A stretch of DNA of 64,000 nt from Laetmonice hystrix (Eukaryota). The stretch's first letter is position 1. The number at the start of each line of letters is the position of its first letter. Below are positions 1 through 14,679 of the stretch, piece by piece. The notes under the pieces were generated by a model, which was not told where the DNA came from, did no database searches, and was given only the letters and a program-made list of their open reading frames with translations. A program made the position numbers and the translations under genes. The stretch spans positions 11,160,001 through 11,224,000 of the forward strand of contig OZ249452.1 of assembly GCA_965235115.1 (NCBI GenBank). Reading direction: 5' to 3'.

Positions 1-194
1 CTGTAGGAAGTCATCAGAGGAATGGTAATAATAATAATAATTGTTTGCCTCCAATCATCTTACTTGATCGCTTCTTTGTTGTGATTTAGCGTGTTGTCTT
101 CTTGTCTTGCTATTTCCTGGCATCTGGAGATAGAAATTGTGGGGTTTCTCCAAGCATTAAGGTGAAGTTGAGGTCTGTAGCAGAATTTAAGCGG

Positions 195-317
195 ATATGG
201 AAAATTCCGGGTCTGAAAGTGGGGGGGGGTACAAACATCTCCCCCCCCCCACCCTGAGAAGTGGCGGGGGGCACATGTCCCACCTGCCCCCCCCCCCCCC
301 CGGTTTCTACGCCAGTG
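195..317. mobile_element. Partial GC-rich MITE of the CACTGGCGTAG type
   Basis: Ends ctacgccagtg with long G/C runs, like 2458 and 46413. Confidence 0.35.
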
Positions 318-629
318 AGATGACGTTTCAGAGCAATGCATCTCACATGGCCACTCCAAAAAGGGAGCTGCTATAACAGATTTAGTTTTTCCTAACAGAT
401 CTGTCTAGGCAATACATTGTATTTACCTGAGAGCAGAATATAAGCAGACGATGCAAGACGAAAAAAAACCCACTTTTATTAGACAATATTTTGGCTGAGT
501 CAGCATGTGCATAGAGGGGAGATGTTCCACGGAACCTACAGTTGACCTTACAGCGACACCTGTCGGATACTAACAACATCAACTCCTTGTAACGCTACGT
601 TCAAACATGGAACTCAACAAAGGCATAGT

Positions 630-970
630 CAAGTTGTTAAATTCTAAGAAATACTGGAGCGCCATTTGGAACATTTGTTTTGTTTTTAATTTCCTTTATT
701 TATCCTAGCTCGACGACATTATACTAGATGATAAGAAAAATAGCAGCCAAACTATACTAAAAGATAACACGGGCAACCCTATTGATCCGTCAAAGACAAC
801 GGCCTACATTAATAGTTTCTTTGTTTTTGTGGGGCCCAAACTTGCCGAAGTTTTTACCTCAGAATGAAGTTTACCTTGAACCACCTACGACATTGACTTT
901 TGACTCCTAAGAGATCACGGAAAAAACAACAAATACATATAGTCAAAAGTATATATAAAATTAGAAGTTT
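630..970 (+). mobile_element. Decayed non-LTR retrotransposon (CR1/L2-like) ORF2 fragment, endonuclease-RT linker
   Basis: Translates LNSKKYWSAI and ILDDKKNSSQTILKDNTGNPIDPSKTTAYINSFFVFVGPKLA. These match the KKFW..I and NxFFxxVGxxLA linker motifs; stops and indels are present. Confidence 0.55.
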
Positions 971-1361
971 GGTACTACTTTCAATTTTTGGTCTATCACG
1001 CCAGTTTTAACTATAAGAAAAAATGAATAAGTGAATATTATGAGTAATTTGATAAACCTATACACGGATAGCTAACAAATTTTTGTAGCTATGGATCGGT
1101 CTAATAAGGAAAGCTACAACGATCGGAGGGGAGCACCTGTCATATAGGGCGGGACATCTGACTTTGTCTGCGCGTTCACGAAACTAACCAGTCATGTACC
1201 CATCGAGGTCCTCTATATTCCACCAATCCCACTTTACGTCACCAGTCCGGAGTGGGTTGACTACTAACCCGACAGTAATCCTGTTAGCGGGACGGGCGCA
1301 CTGATTGCAATCTTTCATCATGTTCTTCTGTTACGGCCCAAACTCACCGCATTGGGAGACG

Positions 1362-1510
1362 GGTGACTTGTCAATAGATGCACTGGTAGTGGGGTTGGGT
1401 GATGTGTCAATAGATGCACTGCATGGTAGTGAGGTTGGTGACGTGTCAATAGATGCACTGGTTGTAGTGTTGGGTGATTTGTCAATAGATGCACTGGTTG
1501 TAGAGTTGGT
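1362..1510. repeat. Minisatellite, about 36-39 bp x 4
   Basis: Core tgtcaatagatgcactg repeated four times with related spacers. Confidence 0.85.
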
Positions 1511-2457
1511 ATAGTAATACACCAACCCTTGTTCCATTGGCACCTTTTACGAACAGCGCAGTATCGTTCTGTCCATGGTTGCCCACATGTTATTTTGTTC
1601 ATCGTCTGAACAAATAGCGTAAGATCACATATCATGAAGAATCGCCATGTGGTGCTCATGAAAACTGGACAAAGAAAACGAGAGAGCCATCTGAACCATG
1701 TTACCATTGACCGGCTCGCCAAAATAACATGAAATACGCACCCCATGCACATGCGCCACCTGGAGTGTGAATAGAAAACAAGAACTTGCACTCCAGCATT
1801 CCCGATTCGTCATATTCCACACTGCAAGCGCTGCCAGCCCAAGGAGCATGGCATTCACATACAATGTATAGCGGAATGTGATAAATATTGGTTCGCTATC
1901 CTGATTGCCATGCACCTCCTGAAGGCATGTAGTTTAAGTCAGGCATTACTCGAATTCATCCACATGGCTACCTTGAATGCCATCACTGAACTGCTAACAA
2001 GTCACTGGTAAAAAGACAAACGTCAATTTGAAGTCAAATTACAGTTGTACGGAAAATTAAAGCTATACGCTGCAATCAGAGAAACCGCACGTGTGTCACT
2101 TAAGAAAGAAAAGAAAAATTGTATTTTTTTAAAAAGATGTAGGCGCGAAAGGTGTATGAGCGACAAAACGCTGTGGGCTAGGTGTCTAAGATCTCGTAAT
2201 GACGCCGGATTCTCAAGTCGCCGTCACTTACTGTGGCTACTGAAAAAAAATACTGTGAACTTGCGACGAGCTGATGTTAGATTATCTCGCTGCTTGCCCC
2301 CTCTTGACGTCGTCTCCAATTGAGTCCTCACAGAAAGGTTATGTCGGAGTGAGGCACTAGTAAATCTTTTCTATCCAACTGTGCACACATGATATTATGT
2401 ATTAAACGGCAATAGGTTTTTGAAATTACTCTAGAGGAGCAATACGATGATGATAAT

Positions 2458-2550
2458 CAGGGCCGGATCTAGGATATTTTTCGGCAAAACCCTGCTTTTG
2501 AAAAAAAATTCGGGGGGCCCACTGTGCCCCCCCCCCTAAATCCGCCACTG
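2458..2550. mobile_element. Short GC-rich MITE (CAGTGGCG-type ends)
   Basis: cagggccggatctagg ... cctaaatccgccactg (13/16 inverted match). Confidence 0.5.
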
Positions 2551-4142
2551 ATATTAGAAGGACGAAACCTCTGTCAGAAACCGACCGTCAGGAAGAAATG
2601 TTATGTCATCGCTTTGTAGAAAATAGCTACAGTTCTTTTAAATTCCCACAAACAAAGTTACGGATCGACAAATGAAAGCCTCTGGTGTCCAAATTCTTGA
2701 GAACTGCCCGGGGTCAGTATATCAAATATCTTGTTTGAAAGATGCACAACCAATTGTACCACGCCGATCATTCTGCGATCGAACAAACAACCACTTCCCC
2801 GCACCAATCCTCCCCCCTTCCGTCGCCTTTTACAACAATGCCATTAATAAGTCTGGATTATAATCTGCCAGTCCCCATGGGGTGGCTCTCTATATCTGAG
2901 TATGCCATAATTATTTCGGAATTTTGCGCATTCCTTTTTTCTGATAATGTACAACTTTACAGATTTACTGACTCAATTTTGGTACAATTAGATACCTCTA
3001 CGATCGACTCCGGTGTCCCCAAGTAATAATACTTTTACAAAAGCAATACATCTATAATAAAAAGAATACCAAATATAATATCGCTGCATGAATTGAATTT
3101 CTCTCGTTAAAAGCTCCATGGTAGCCCAAGGGAGGGAAACGGGGACTTAATTACATCTGGAGCAGTAATTTCAGACTGGCACATCATTCATAATCTCCAA
3201 TATCCACTTTATAGTATACTACTTCATTCTTCAACGAGAGTGAGGGGCAGAATCCCCCCCCCCCCCCCAAATGCCCCAAGAGGCCAGACACCATTTGAAG
3301 ATCGTATCTGAGCGCGTTCCACAATGCCCCCAAATGTCGCGAGAAAAATGCCACTCACAGATGTTCTTTGGAAAGGAAAATCTTGTTTGAAAGGAGAGCA
3401 ACTCTGTAAAGAGATTACAAACACTTATAACGACATGTAGCGTCAGGAGATCTGTTGTAACGATTCACACAACACGGCAGACATGTACATTGGAAGCGTT
3501 GTATACTCAGCAGTAATGTTGTTGCCAGAGCCATTTCAAGACTGGGCATTGTCAAAAGAAATTGGCTACATGTTGAGATGTGTTTCATATGTCGGTCTGT
3601 ATTGCTGTTTCATATCTACTCCGTATCTGGCGACACCAATTGTAAATATTGTGAAACATCTTCAGGCAACCCTATGGTGAACACTGTAAACCGAATACCG
3701 AGTTACCTTGATATTTCTTGTGAACTACGTACTTTTGAGAAATAAATAAAAGTAGTAGTAAGAACAGCATCAATCTTAAAACCATAATATTATCATCCAG
3801 TGGTGTTTTCAGAAAATATGACAGGAAAAGAAAAGAAGAGATTGAAGGGAGACAGATAGCCTAACGTATACTCGGATCTCCTATATGCACGTCTACTTTG
3901 CTAGACGTTTTATCAGTCTTTTATTTTCCTAGTGGTGCCATCTTGCCTTATCTAAATCGAAAAGTCATGTTTACATTGTCTTGAAAGAAGCACTCTCCAG
4001 AAACTAAAAGAACCCCAACAGACATTATCAGTTGCCTGTAAGAGTGTATCCAGTTTTTAGCTGTTATCAGATGCAATAGACCATTATCAATATGGCGGCC
4101 GAGCGACCGGAAGTAGTTCTGTTGTTGCTATATCTGGGCAGC

Positions 4143-4412
4143 TTAAAGTGGTACAGACATCAGAATTAACATGAAATTTTGTACCAGATCCCGATAATAC
4201 TTGTAATTTGTCGTTGTTCTGTAAAGGAACGGTTGTTGTACAACAACGTAAACTGTCTGTAATCCGTGATCAAAATGACCAATTCTCCCGGCCATCTGTC
4301 TGCCAGTCGCCTTCCGTTCATGGCCCACCCGTCCGCCCGCGCTGACGTCATCACGGGCAGCACGTGATTCAAATTGTTACTTTCTGAGAATTTATCAGAA
4401 AAACCTATCCCG
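4143..4412. mobile_element. Truncated, inverted second copy of the 59203-59558 Kolobok-type element
   Basis: Reverse complement aligns over about 270 bp (shared pseudo-peptide GKATGRQMAGRIGHFDHGL in the ORF track); one TIR is missing. Confidence 0.8.
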
Positions 4413-5619
4413 TAGACTTAAAAGAACTAAAATAATCTTAAAGCTGGATGTAAAGTTTTAATAAAACACCAATCCTTCCAGAGTTCATTTCTAAAATTAG
4501 AACCCAACAACAAAATATTAAACTCATTTCATACGCTTGGTAAACAAAAAGTATCTTTCGATAGGAAATTTGACTTGAGGCGCGTACAGTGAACAAATAT
4601 CAGGGAGTCGACATAAAAATTAGAATCCTAGTTCGGTTTTGCATGTCTTTCACCTAATAATGCAAGTGCAAGTAGACTTTCTTCGTCTTCTTTCACTGCG
4701 GTGCTATTATTGACTCCTCGAAATGTTCTGTTCTGATATTTTTCACCTCCGTAAGTTTCTGTAAGTTTAAGGGGTTATGTTTCACCGTTTTCCTACGGAT
4801 TGTTTAAGGAAATCACAGCTTCCATCCACGTATACAATATGCTAAATGCTAAATGTTAGGTTGTACACTATCAATAATACGGAGTAATTTCACAATCTGA
4901 GGTTATGACGACCTTAGTGTTTCATTCAGGATTCCGCCTTTTATTACACCCGGATGAGTGTCATTTTCTCTCTTCAGTTTAGCCGACGTGGAAATTACCT
5001 TAATTTCTCGGCTCCCTGTAATGAATCAAATCTTTCCAGAGGAGTCAATAACGAAAATGAAAGCATTAAGTTCGAGTCTCAGCCATCAGCCAGTTAGAGC
5101 CGGTTACATTTGACACCAGAATTGACAATGAAATTATCACCAACAGGCATGGCGGCCATGTTCATACATAATTAAGGAGACACCGATACGAAAACGTGTA
5201 CTTTATAGCCCTGTTAAGCACTGCCTGTGGAGACAAGTTTTCAACTTTGTGACGATGATAATAATTATATATTACATGTCACTCGCTGACATTTCGTTCC
5301 TAAGGCAGTGTGGGATGCTGCAGGCGCGACCACCGTCCGTTCCAGTTAGTCACAAGTATTCTAGAACCTCCATTAGCCTCATCGCTTTGCTGCCTTAATG
5401 ATACAAGCAGGCACGATTACATTTCCATTTCCATAACTCTAACATAACACCACTGTAGGCATCCCAGCAAGATTAACTTTTCATTTAATACGGAGATATA
5501 TAAGTTTGAGGCTTCAAATGTTCTTTTTTAAATGATTACGTATTGCTTTCGTACAGAGTATAGAAAGCCATAACAACGGTGCCTGAAATGCTTATTAAAG
5601 ATTTAATGTTCTAAATGTG

Positions 5620-5900
5620 TATTGTCAAAGTATATAATACAGTCGATATGGTTTTAATTACCATTATATAATGCAGGCGATTGCATCGTCCTTTAAAATC
5701 GGTTCCAGTTTGTACGTTTGTACGTGTCGGGACAATGGGAATAAGTTCATTTAACATTTCAACAAAGTAAGCCGAATATTTTGTTCCCAGCCCGTGATCT
5801 GGGCAAACTAATGGCCCTGGGGTGCGTTCCTCATCTATCGTTATCCTGTCGTGCGTTAAAATCCCCATTGAAAATGCATTGGAGTTAACGATACAACAAG
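5620..5900 (-). mobile_element. Decayed LINE (RTE-like) AP-endonuclease fragment
   Basis: A frame with stops reads GDFNAR ... MQSP ... NHIDCII, matching the APE motifs GDFNA, TWxSP and NQIDYI. Confidence 0.5.
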
Positions 5901-7528
5901 TTAACGACATGATGAGGAACTCCTTCCAGATCCACCGATGGTGACCAGTTCGCAACTGACTAGCCTAAAGAATCAAAGTTGCAAATCAGGCACAAACACA
6001 ACTTCTCATCCACACAAACCTGGGGATACCTCTTTACAAAAAAAAATATGGCCAAGACAATAAAAGTAATCGACCACGGCCCTGCTACCCCATTCAAAGA
6101 TAACTCAAAAAAACGGACAGGGAGGGGAAACAGAAAAATCGCCCCCTTGAACGGAACAGCCATGACTACTATGAGAAAACTACTCGACTTCAAAACGTGC
6201 CTTTTCTTAAATCACTTACGTTCAATCCTCAATGCAAGCCAGAAGAAAGTCAGATAGTGGGTCGTCTTTTGTCACCATGAAAATGTGTTCATTCTTTCAA
6301 AGACCAGTTGAAAACAGAACGATACTTGACGAAAGACAATGCTCAAAGAGATTTCAATAGCGATACAACTTTTGAGAGCCCCATCGAGTTATTCCGGTTT
6401 CTTTGCCTGAATCTTTCCTCTTTAGTGTTTTTAATCAACTTGATCATAGTTGGCATGGGGGTGGGGGTGGGGGTGGGGGGGTAGGGGGGGGGGTTGGCAT
6501 GAACGTTGGAACATTTTGCTGTGAGTACTATCATGGTGCAGTCTTCAGGTAGTGGTTCGATTCCAAGGTGATATAGAATTTCTTTTAGGAGATTCTGAAA
6601 GTTTTTTTTAGGAGATTCTGAAAGTTAACTGGGTGAAGCATGGAGGAGCAAGTTTCTTTAATTCAGCTACCCTTAAACAGGGTCTATCACAGGCAGATCT
6701 CCAGATTTATGCTTAAGTTACAGTGATTTTAACCCCTAAAATAAAACGCGTGTCTTTCTGCCCTACCTACCATTTTGGCACATGTATCGGGTGAGCCTAA
6801 ACAAACGGGAACACTCTTTTCATGACTGTAACGTCTATAATTTGTATCCCAATGTTATGATATTTGGCACATATGATACCAGGGTAGGTGGCGCCGCACG
6901 TCTTAGGCAGGGTTGGTGCTACTGTGTCTGAATGACGTGACATCTGTGAATACCACCTTCCCAAAACAGGTGGTCGGTCAGACTCTGTTTTGACACATCA
7001 GCACCATCCCATAATTACAACCACTTCCGGTGAATCCCGTCGGCCGATAACTTTAACGTCTGCGCCATGATAACCAGAGGGAGGGTGGGTCGGACGTAGG
7101 GACACTCACTGCCTCTGAATCGTCTGTTCCTTCTGCTCTTTGTTCACAGATAATAACATGTTTAAACAACATCTCCTTTAGCTGGTTAGATGATTAAAAC
7201 ATGTGTATAGAGATCAGGGACGTCCTGTTTATACATTAAACGATGAATCACACCAGGATTTGTGTGTCACCATGTTGTAGTGGCTCCTCTCAAAGTTTGT
7301 TGAACTCCCCCTCCCCCTCCAGCGAGGAAAACCTATAATACAGCCAGAAGGGTTGGGAGCAAGCTGTAGGAGAGTTGTCGTAATCGAATGACAGTATTGA
7401 AATGTAATTAAAGCTCGCCCTTTCCCGTCATTTCAATACATCTGCCCTGCAATGGAACGCTTTCAGTTCTGCTGGTAACAATACCTAATTACAGCCGTGG
7501 TCTCACGTGTCGAACCTGGTTTCTGCAG

Positions 7529-7678
7529 GCATTCAGCCAAGGCCATTGCTCCGGCCGCCAGCCGAACAACCGTTATGACATTCTGACATTGCAAACGGAA
7601 GAAAAGCGAACTCCTGCAACAGTTTGGCCCCCAATCGCAACTCGTGAATGGATTGCGCGCGATTGTTGGGAGCGGAAG
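7529..7678 (+). CDS. Candidate orphan exon, 50 codons, phase 0 to 0 (AFSQGHCSGRQPNNRYDIL...RDCWERK)
   Basis: Acceptor ggtttctgcag|, donor aag|gtaaat; one frame open; no homology recognised. Confidence 0.25.
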
Positions 7679-8620
7679 GTAAATATTTCTGCAGATTGAC
7701 CCATTCTCTGTGTCCGTATTGCGCGATCGTAGTCAAACCTAGGTCTCTGGGGGCCATAAAGAGTAATTACCCGAGTGCACGGACGCCACAGCTGCGGAAG
7801 GCATGCTGAATGTGGCAATCCGAATCAATATACCAACCTGGATGTCACAATGCCATTCGCCATCTCCACCAGTAATTGAACAGTATTTAACGAAGTGGCA
7901 CAAATATTCTCAAGTCGCCAAAACCAGACGCGCCCAAGTATGCTAATATCACGTCCGTGTCTATACACTTTCTCCACAGTCACCGTGGGTAGGGCATAGG
8001 AAACAGGCAAATATATTAATCCCTGGGCTGCTTGTTATGCGTGAATTCCGGGGGACTATATTCCCATGTTGGCCTTGAACAAGTGAATTATGGCGTACCC
8101 GAGTTAAATGTCATTCACATTGGCACGATTTTTGTTACGAACTCGAGTTCGTACGAAGTTCGGAACGCTTTGCGAAATCGTAGGAAAAATCGCAGCAGTG
8201 GGACCGCGGATTGTATTTCTCTTTGTCAGTCTCTCTCTGTCCGTGTCTCTCCGTTTACTATTGCCCTAACTTTCAGCAAGAAATCACTTAACTTAGTACA
8301 TGCATAGGTCACGTCGCCTGGTAAGAGTACGTGGCATTTCGGATCACTTAAAGGCAGAAATAGGCCTGTTCCTACTATCGGCACAATTCGCTGTTTTGCG
8401 AAAGAAAACTAGCTTGTCAAATTTGTCTTACCTTTCATAAAGCACCTCGTTAATATGTGACACGCTCACGCCGCAGATATCCCATTATTTCGTCAAATTC
8501 CTGTCCTTAATTCAATCTACTTGCATTATCGCTCATCTTTTCTTTACCTCTCAACGAGTTCGTGCACTCACAAAAAATATAGGAATGTTAGTTTGTCATA
8601 TCAGCACTTAATGTAATCAA

Positions 8621-9243
8621 GACAAACGATGTTGGTAGGATGGCCAGTCAGGAGGCTCGAGACAAATCGATGTTGGTAGGATCGCCAGTCAGGAGGCTCG
8701 AGACAAATCGATGTTGGTAGGATGGCCAGTCAGGAGGCTTGAGACAAATCGATGTTGGTAGGATGGCCAGTCAAGAGGCTCGAGACAAACGATGTTGGTA
8801 GGGTGGCCAGTCAGGAGGCTCGAGACAAATCGATGTTGGTAGGGTGGCCAGTCAGGAGGCTCGAGACAAATCGATGTTGGTAGGATGGCCAGTCAGGAGG
8901 CTCGAGACAAATCGATGTTGGTAGGATGGCCAGTCAGGAGGCTCGAGACAAATCGATGTTGGTAGGATTGTCAGTCAGGAGGCTCGAGACAAATCGATGT
9001 TGGTAGGATGGCCAGTCAGGAGGCTCGAGACAAATCGATGTTGGTAGGATGGCCAGTCAGGAGGCTCGAGACAAATCGATGTTGGTAGGATGACCAGTCA
9101 GGAGGCTCGAGACAAATCGATGTTGGTAGGATGGCCAGTCAGGAGGCTCGAGACAAATCGATGTTGGTAGGATGGCCAGTCAGGAGGCTCGAGACAAATC
9201 GATGTTGGTAGGATGGCCAGTCAGGAGGCTCGAGACAAATCGA
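8621..9243. repeat. Minisatellite, 41 bp x about 15
   Basis: Unit gacaaatcgatgttggtaggatggccagtcaggaggctcga, highly homogeneous. Confidence 0.95.
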
Positions 9244-11378
9244 GGATGACCTGCCTGTTGAGGGATGCCGTTATAATGATCTACTTCCAATTCGGTGCCT
9301 CTTAGCATTTCATGGCACCCATACTTTGCTGCAGGCTAACCTAACTAGTTTTTCCAAACTTTTGCCGTAAATATGTCTTGCTGATCTAATATGGACCAGG
9401 ACAATGCTGGAAGCAATGCCGGTCTGCAATGCCAGTTTGGGGCAAAAACAAAGGACAGAACACTAGAGCGTCTAACAATGGCTTGACCCTGCTACGAAAC
9501 ATTTGTTAAATGTTTCTTAGGACACGTGCACACGTGACAGCAATGTGGAGAGGGCGCTGATTTCTCAATTTTGTTTTGTGAGTTCACAATATTATAACTA
9601 CGTTTTATTGTTTATTGAATTAAAACCATTAGTACTGCGAGACTTTTAACTTCACCGTAACTTTATATACATCTTAGCATAACCTTGGGGTGTGCCCATC
9701 CTTGCTGTGGTCCCCGACCTGCTGGAGGCGGTTATAATGCAAATCCAAAAAAAATACCGCGGTGATAATATTTCCACCGCAGTGGAAATATTTCTTGCAT
9801 TTTCATTTTCTCGGATTCTCATATAATTTTTCGTCTTTCGTCAGGTAATATTTTGTCTTCATCGTAAGATTCTTTGTCTTCTAAATTGTTATTCCTAGTC
9901 CGTTCTCCTCTATTCGCCACAAAGGAAAACGAAATCGTCGATATCTAAAAGTGAACCACCGAAACACCAATCGTGATTTCCTTGGAAATAACAACTAATG
10001 CTGCATGTCCCTTATGGGCCACCGTAGCCTCCTGTGGAGATTGGCGTTGTCCAGCCCAGGAAGGCCCGGGGGAGAAAGCATTTTAAGTGTTTCCATCAAG
10101 AGGGGCCTACAAGTAAATTGAAGTTTCCTCTTACTGCGGGGAGGACCAGTCTTGGATATATATATACGAGTCAGGTTGATGTGTCTGTGTATCTGCTGTA
10201 TGGTTGAGGGCGTTTTCTAACCCGTGATGTAATTGGCTATGGTCACTGAAGTATATACAAAGAAAAACTTGGTGTTCGGGTTGTGTGGAATTGAATGATT
10301 ATACAAAATAAACTATACGTATCGTATCGTTTATCAGGACCATAGTTATTGGGATAAGTATCGCATTCGGCCCCTTCCTCTAAATAGGCCGAAATCGCTC
10401 AAGGTGCCACGGCGCTAAATCTTTTTTATCCATTACCTAAGGGGGCAATGTTAACTTACGACTGGTGGTCGTTTCGTGTGAGTAAGATGTTTGAACAATT
10501 CAAACGGTTCGATGAATGAGTGCTTACAAACTAGCCAGCTGCCTCTCCATGCAATCTCAGCCTTTCAAGTCGAAATAACTCTTGCGCTTTGTATGTTCAG
10601 ACTTATTTGGCTCCATATAGCTGGATAAATTGGTCATTTCTGAAGCTATAACGTTGTCCCCCGTGACACTTTCAACATGATTATTTTTCTTCACCCTTGC
10701 ATACGACAGCATGCACTATCCTTTGATGTCTATATTTCATTAGCTTTGAGCATTCGTATATCACACCTATTAAATTCTTCTTTTACCTGCTCTTCTCCGA
10801 TGGTTGTATTCAACTCGGTTGAAGTTCGCTCTTAAATAGGATTCGTAGAGCTCCGTTTTTATAACTCGCCTCTAAATTGTGTTTCACCGATTGATATTTT
10901 TTTTTGCTAAAACTTTTCGTTGTAACAAGCTGAGTTATAGAGTTAGTCTGACGTTTTTATTTCCTTGCACCATAAAATTACATAATTTAGTTCTCTTCGT
11001 ATTTTGACTTGACCTAAACTTGTAATGTCATTTTGATTCATGAATGGACCCGTTGCTATCGAGCGGAGAGAACCGTGTCCATTGGTGCGAGTCGCCTTGC
11101 AATGACCGTGTGATATTGGACTAAATCGAAATGATTAAATTACCTGAAACGAAATAACCTGAATTTGGTCTCGTGAACAATATTATACTATTGAGAACGT
11201 ATACATGCATCGTTGAGATATTCTTTTTCTCCCAGCATTACTATTCCCTTGTCTGAATAAAGGAGCCCCAGATTTAATCCGAATTTCCCTAAAACTTAAA
11301 AATGATGGCATAAATCTGATATCAACATGTGATAGCATAATTTTTCTGCAAGGATCAAGGATGGCTGTATATAAGCCA

Positions 11379-11603
11379 TACAGTATGTCCCAAAGAAATG
11401 ATAGTCTGTGTTCCATTGTCAAAAAGAGATACTGGTTGTGATCAGTAATGCGTGACCCTGTCAACACCAAACTTGCTGGGAGTTATCTAGGGGGATCAAA
11501 CTTTATGTTCAACTTCAAAATTCAAAATTCGACGTTCCTCTAAAATATCTAAGTGTATTGCACATCTAAAGTTAGACTATCATTTTTTGGGGGACATACT
11601 GTA
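11379..11603. mobile_element. Tc1/mariner-type MITE with TA TSD
   Basis: ta-cagtatgtcccaaagaaatgatagtct ... agactatcattttttgggggacatactg-ta; about 28-bp TIR. Confidence 0.8.
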
Positions 11604-12294
11604 TAACTCGTGAAAGAGGTCAACCCCCCTCATGCCCAGGTTTCGATATGCTGTATTGTGAGTTGCATGACTATCATGGAATCACACTTTTTGGTAGGTT
11701 TTACGAAAATGTTTGGTGTGCAGTCATCCGTGACCTAATATGGTTGGCCAATACCATATGAAGCGAAATAATTCCGTTGTCACGTGTTGATATAAGATGC
11801 CATCTTCTTTAATTTTTGAGAAATTTGGGATTAAATCTGGATTTTTTTTCTGACTCACACTGTATATACTGGACTACATTTTTTCCTTTCTTTACAAGAA
11901 GCGTTCGTAAAAAGACTCTGTAGACACATGGCTCTCATGGGGAGCGGTCGCCTGAACACGTGAATGGTGACACATCTATGCATAAGGTCCATACGGCCTT
12001 CGACATGAAAGCCTATCAGTGGACCTCAAGGGAGTGGCCAAAACGTTCGGGCCAATAAGATTTTATTGACCATGTCCCCAACTAGGGTGCAGTCCACCAT
12101 GAAACGATATCGTTCCTGTAACTCTGGATGAGATATCTGTTCGATGAGATTTTCTGGGAAGTGATTCACAAAACAACTAGCGCAAATAGCTTCGTCTCAA
12201 AGCTATCGTTGGGGTGAGACGACAGGGCAGGTTTGGGCCAGGTTAACGACCCCCTGGGATGGTGTTCACGGGGGGTGTCCCCTTCCGGCGTTAT

Positions 12295-12877
12295 AGGTTA
12301 ACAGGGTGGTATCAAACACACCCCGGAGTGAGGTTAACAGGGTGGTATCAAACACCCCGGGGTTAGGTTAACAGGGTGGTATCAAACACCCCGGGGTTAG
12401 GTTAACAGGGTGGTATCAAACACACCCCGGGGTTAGGTTAACAGGGTGGTATCAAACACACCCCGGGGTGAGGTTAACAGGCTGGTATCAAACACCCCGG
12501 GGTTAGGTTAACAGGGTGGTATCAAACACACCCCGGGGTGAGGTTAACAGGCTGGTATCAAACACCCCGGGGTTAGGTTAACAGGGTGGTATCAAACACA
12601 CCCCGGGTTGAGGTTAACAGGCTGGTATCAAACACCCCGGGGTTAGGTTAACAGGGTGGTATCAAACACACCAAACACACCCCGGGAGTGAGGTTAACAG
12701 GGTGGTATCAAACACACCCCGGGGTGAGGTTAACAGGGTGGTATCAAACACACCCCGGGGTGAGGTTAACAGGGGTTAACAACCCCCCACCCCCGGCTGA
12801 GGTTAACAGCGTGGTATCCAACACACCTCAGGGTGAGGTTAACAGTCATGTATTAAACGCCCCGAGGTTAGGTTAAC
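12295..12877. repeat. Minisatellite, 34/36 bp x about 16
   Basis: Unit aggttaacagggtggtatcaaaca(ca)ccccggggt(t/g); degenerate at the right end. Confidence 0.95.
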
Positions 12878-13869
12878 GATGAGGTATGTACCGAATCCCA
12901 GACCCCCTGCACGATGGCCTCAAGTCGGTGATCTTACCGAACCTGGCATATTTAAATATGGATTGTGGAAAATGAGCGGAAATACCATCACCTTTTTCTA
13001 CAACAGCGATGTGATCATGTCATTACATGTTATCCCACGTATCAAAAACGAAAATCAAAATACATAACTCGTTTCTTTCTTTGCTGGGGATGAGGGTCAC
13101 CGAGCAGTATTTCACCGTGAGATTTTCTCTCCCCCCCCCTCAGGACCCATTCTCTCCTCCCCCCTCAGGACCGATTTGCCAGATAAAGAATTTAGTACTT
13201 GGTCAGGAGGGCGGATGAACGAGACGACCGCGAGGATAATTCAAGCGAAACAAGATGACGACTAAATCCTTTAACAGCTCAGGGATAACAAATGGTGGGA
13301 TTCCAACTAAGACGATATCGGATGAAAACGTAGATAATTCACAGTCCGTCCAGGCACTCGATACAGTTCTTACGGTAATCCGTACAACATATCTACATGA
13401 CGTACCCATCGCTCAGTCAATGACAAGTTAATTAGTAAAGTTTAATACAAAACAAAACGGTTTCATGTGGCAAGAACGTCGGCCTAGATGTGTTGAATAA
13501 CGTAAAATTGTACGAGCTATCAACGATAAACAGGCGGATGTTTCGATCGTACGGAGGACAACGCAGTTCTACCGAGATACTTAGAACGGAAGTTAATTAA
13601 GTGATAAGGAACATTACTAGGTATTTAACGTGGTCTAATAACAGTAATCCAATCAGCTTGGTCATTATCTCTCATTATTTGGTGCAAATATGTGCACATC
13701 CACCAGCTCATACTGTTTAAATCGGTTTGGTGGCACATTACGGTGGATATTACAAGATATTAGGCGTACATTTCTCTTTTTTTAAATCTTGTAAAGGAAG
13801 GAGAGAGGAGATGAACCAAATACATCCAGTGATACCAGCATATTTATTATCTGATAAAGATCCATTACG

Positions 13870-14501
13870 TTTTCCTGCGGAGTGAGGCACTCTAGCAGCA
13901 TTCCTTACAATCCTGTCTGAATTCGGTGCAGTTTTACTACAGAGTGAGGTAGCTCTAGTAGCATACCTTACAATCCTGTCTGAATTCGGTGCAGTTTTAC
14001 TACAGAGTGAGGTAGCTCTAGTAGCATACCTTACAATCCTGTCTGAATTCGGTGCAGTTTTACTGCAGAGTGAGGTAGCTTTAGTAGCATACCTTACAAT
14101 CCTGTCTGAATTCGGTGCAGTTTTACTGCAGAGTGAGGTAGCTCTAGGCGCATTCCTTACAATCCAGTCTGAATTCGGTGCAGTTTTCCTGTAGAGTGAG
14201 GTAGCTCTAGCAGTATACCTTACAATCCACTCTGAATTCGGTGCAGTTTTCCTGTAGAGTTAGGTAGCTCTAGCAGCATACCTTACAATCCAGTCTGAAT
14301 TCGGTGCAGTTTTACTACAGAGTGAGGTAGCTCTAGCAGCATACCTTACAATCCAGTCTGAATTCGGTGCAGTTTTACTACAGAGTGAGGTAGCTCTAGC
14401 AGCATACCTTACAATCCAGTCTGAATTCGGTGCAGTTTTACTGCAGGGTGAGGTAGCTCTAGCAGCATACCTTACAATCCAGTCTGAATTCGGTGCAGTT
14501 T
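13870..14501. repeat. Minisatellite, 63 bp x about 10
   Basis: Unit agagtgaggtagctctagtagcataccttacaatcctgtctgaattcggtgcagttttactac. Confidence 0.95.
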
Positions 14502-14679
14502 ATATTACCAAGTATACTTTTTTATCTCTCGCAAATTTGGAGCCGTTCACAAAATCAGCGCTACCCTTGAGACACTGGTTATAGTTTTGAGCGTCAATTA
14601 TGCCAATATTCATGTGCTCCTTTAATAGATTCGGGACACAGTTTCTTCGATGGTAGGTTCATTAAGTCCAGTCGTTCTG

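Noticed and set aside
1362-1510. Short repeat-spacer pattern resembling a mini CRISPR
   Set aside because: The spacers are homologous G/T-rich variants, so this is an ordinary minisatellite.
6520-6575. GGTTCGATTCC B-box suggesting a tRNA
   Set aside because: No cloverleaf or acceptor stem can be folded; at most it is a SINE-head remnant.
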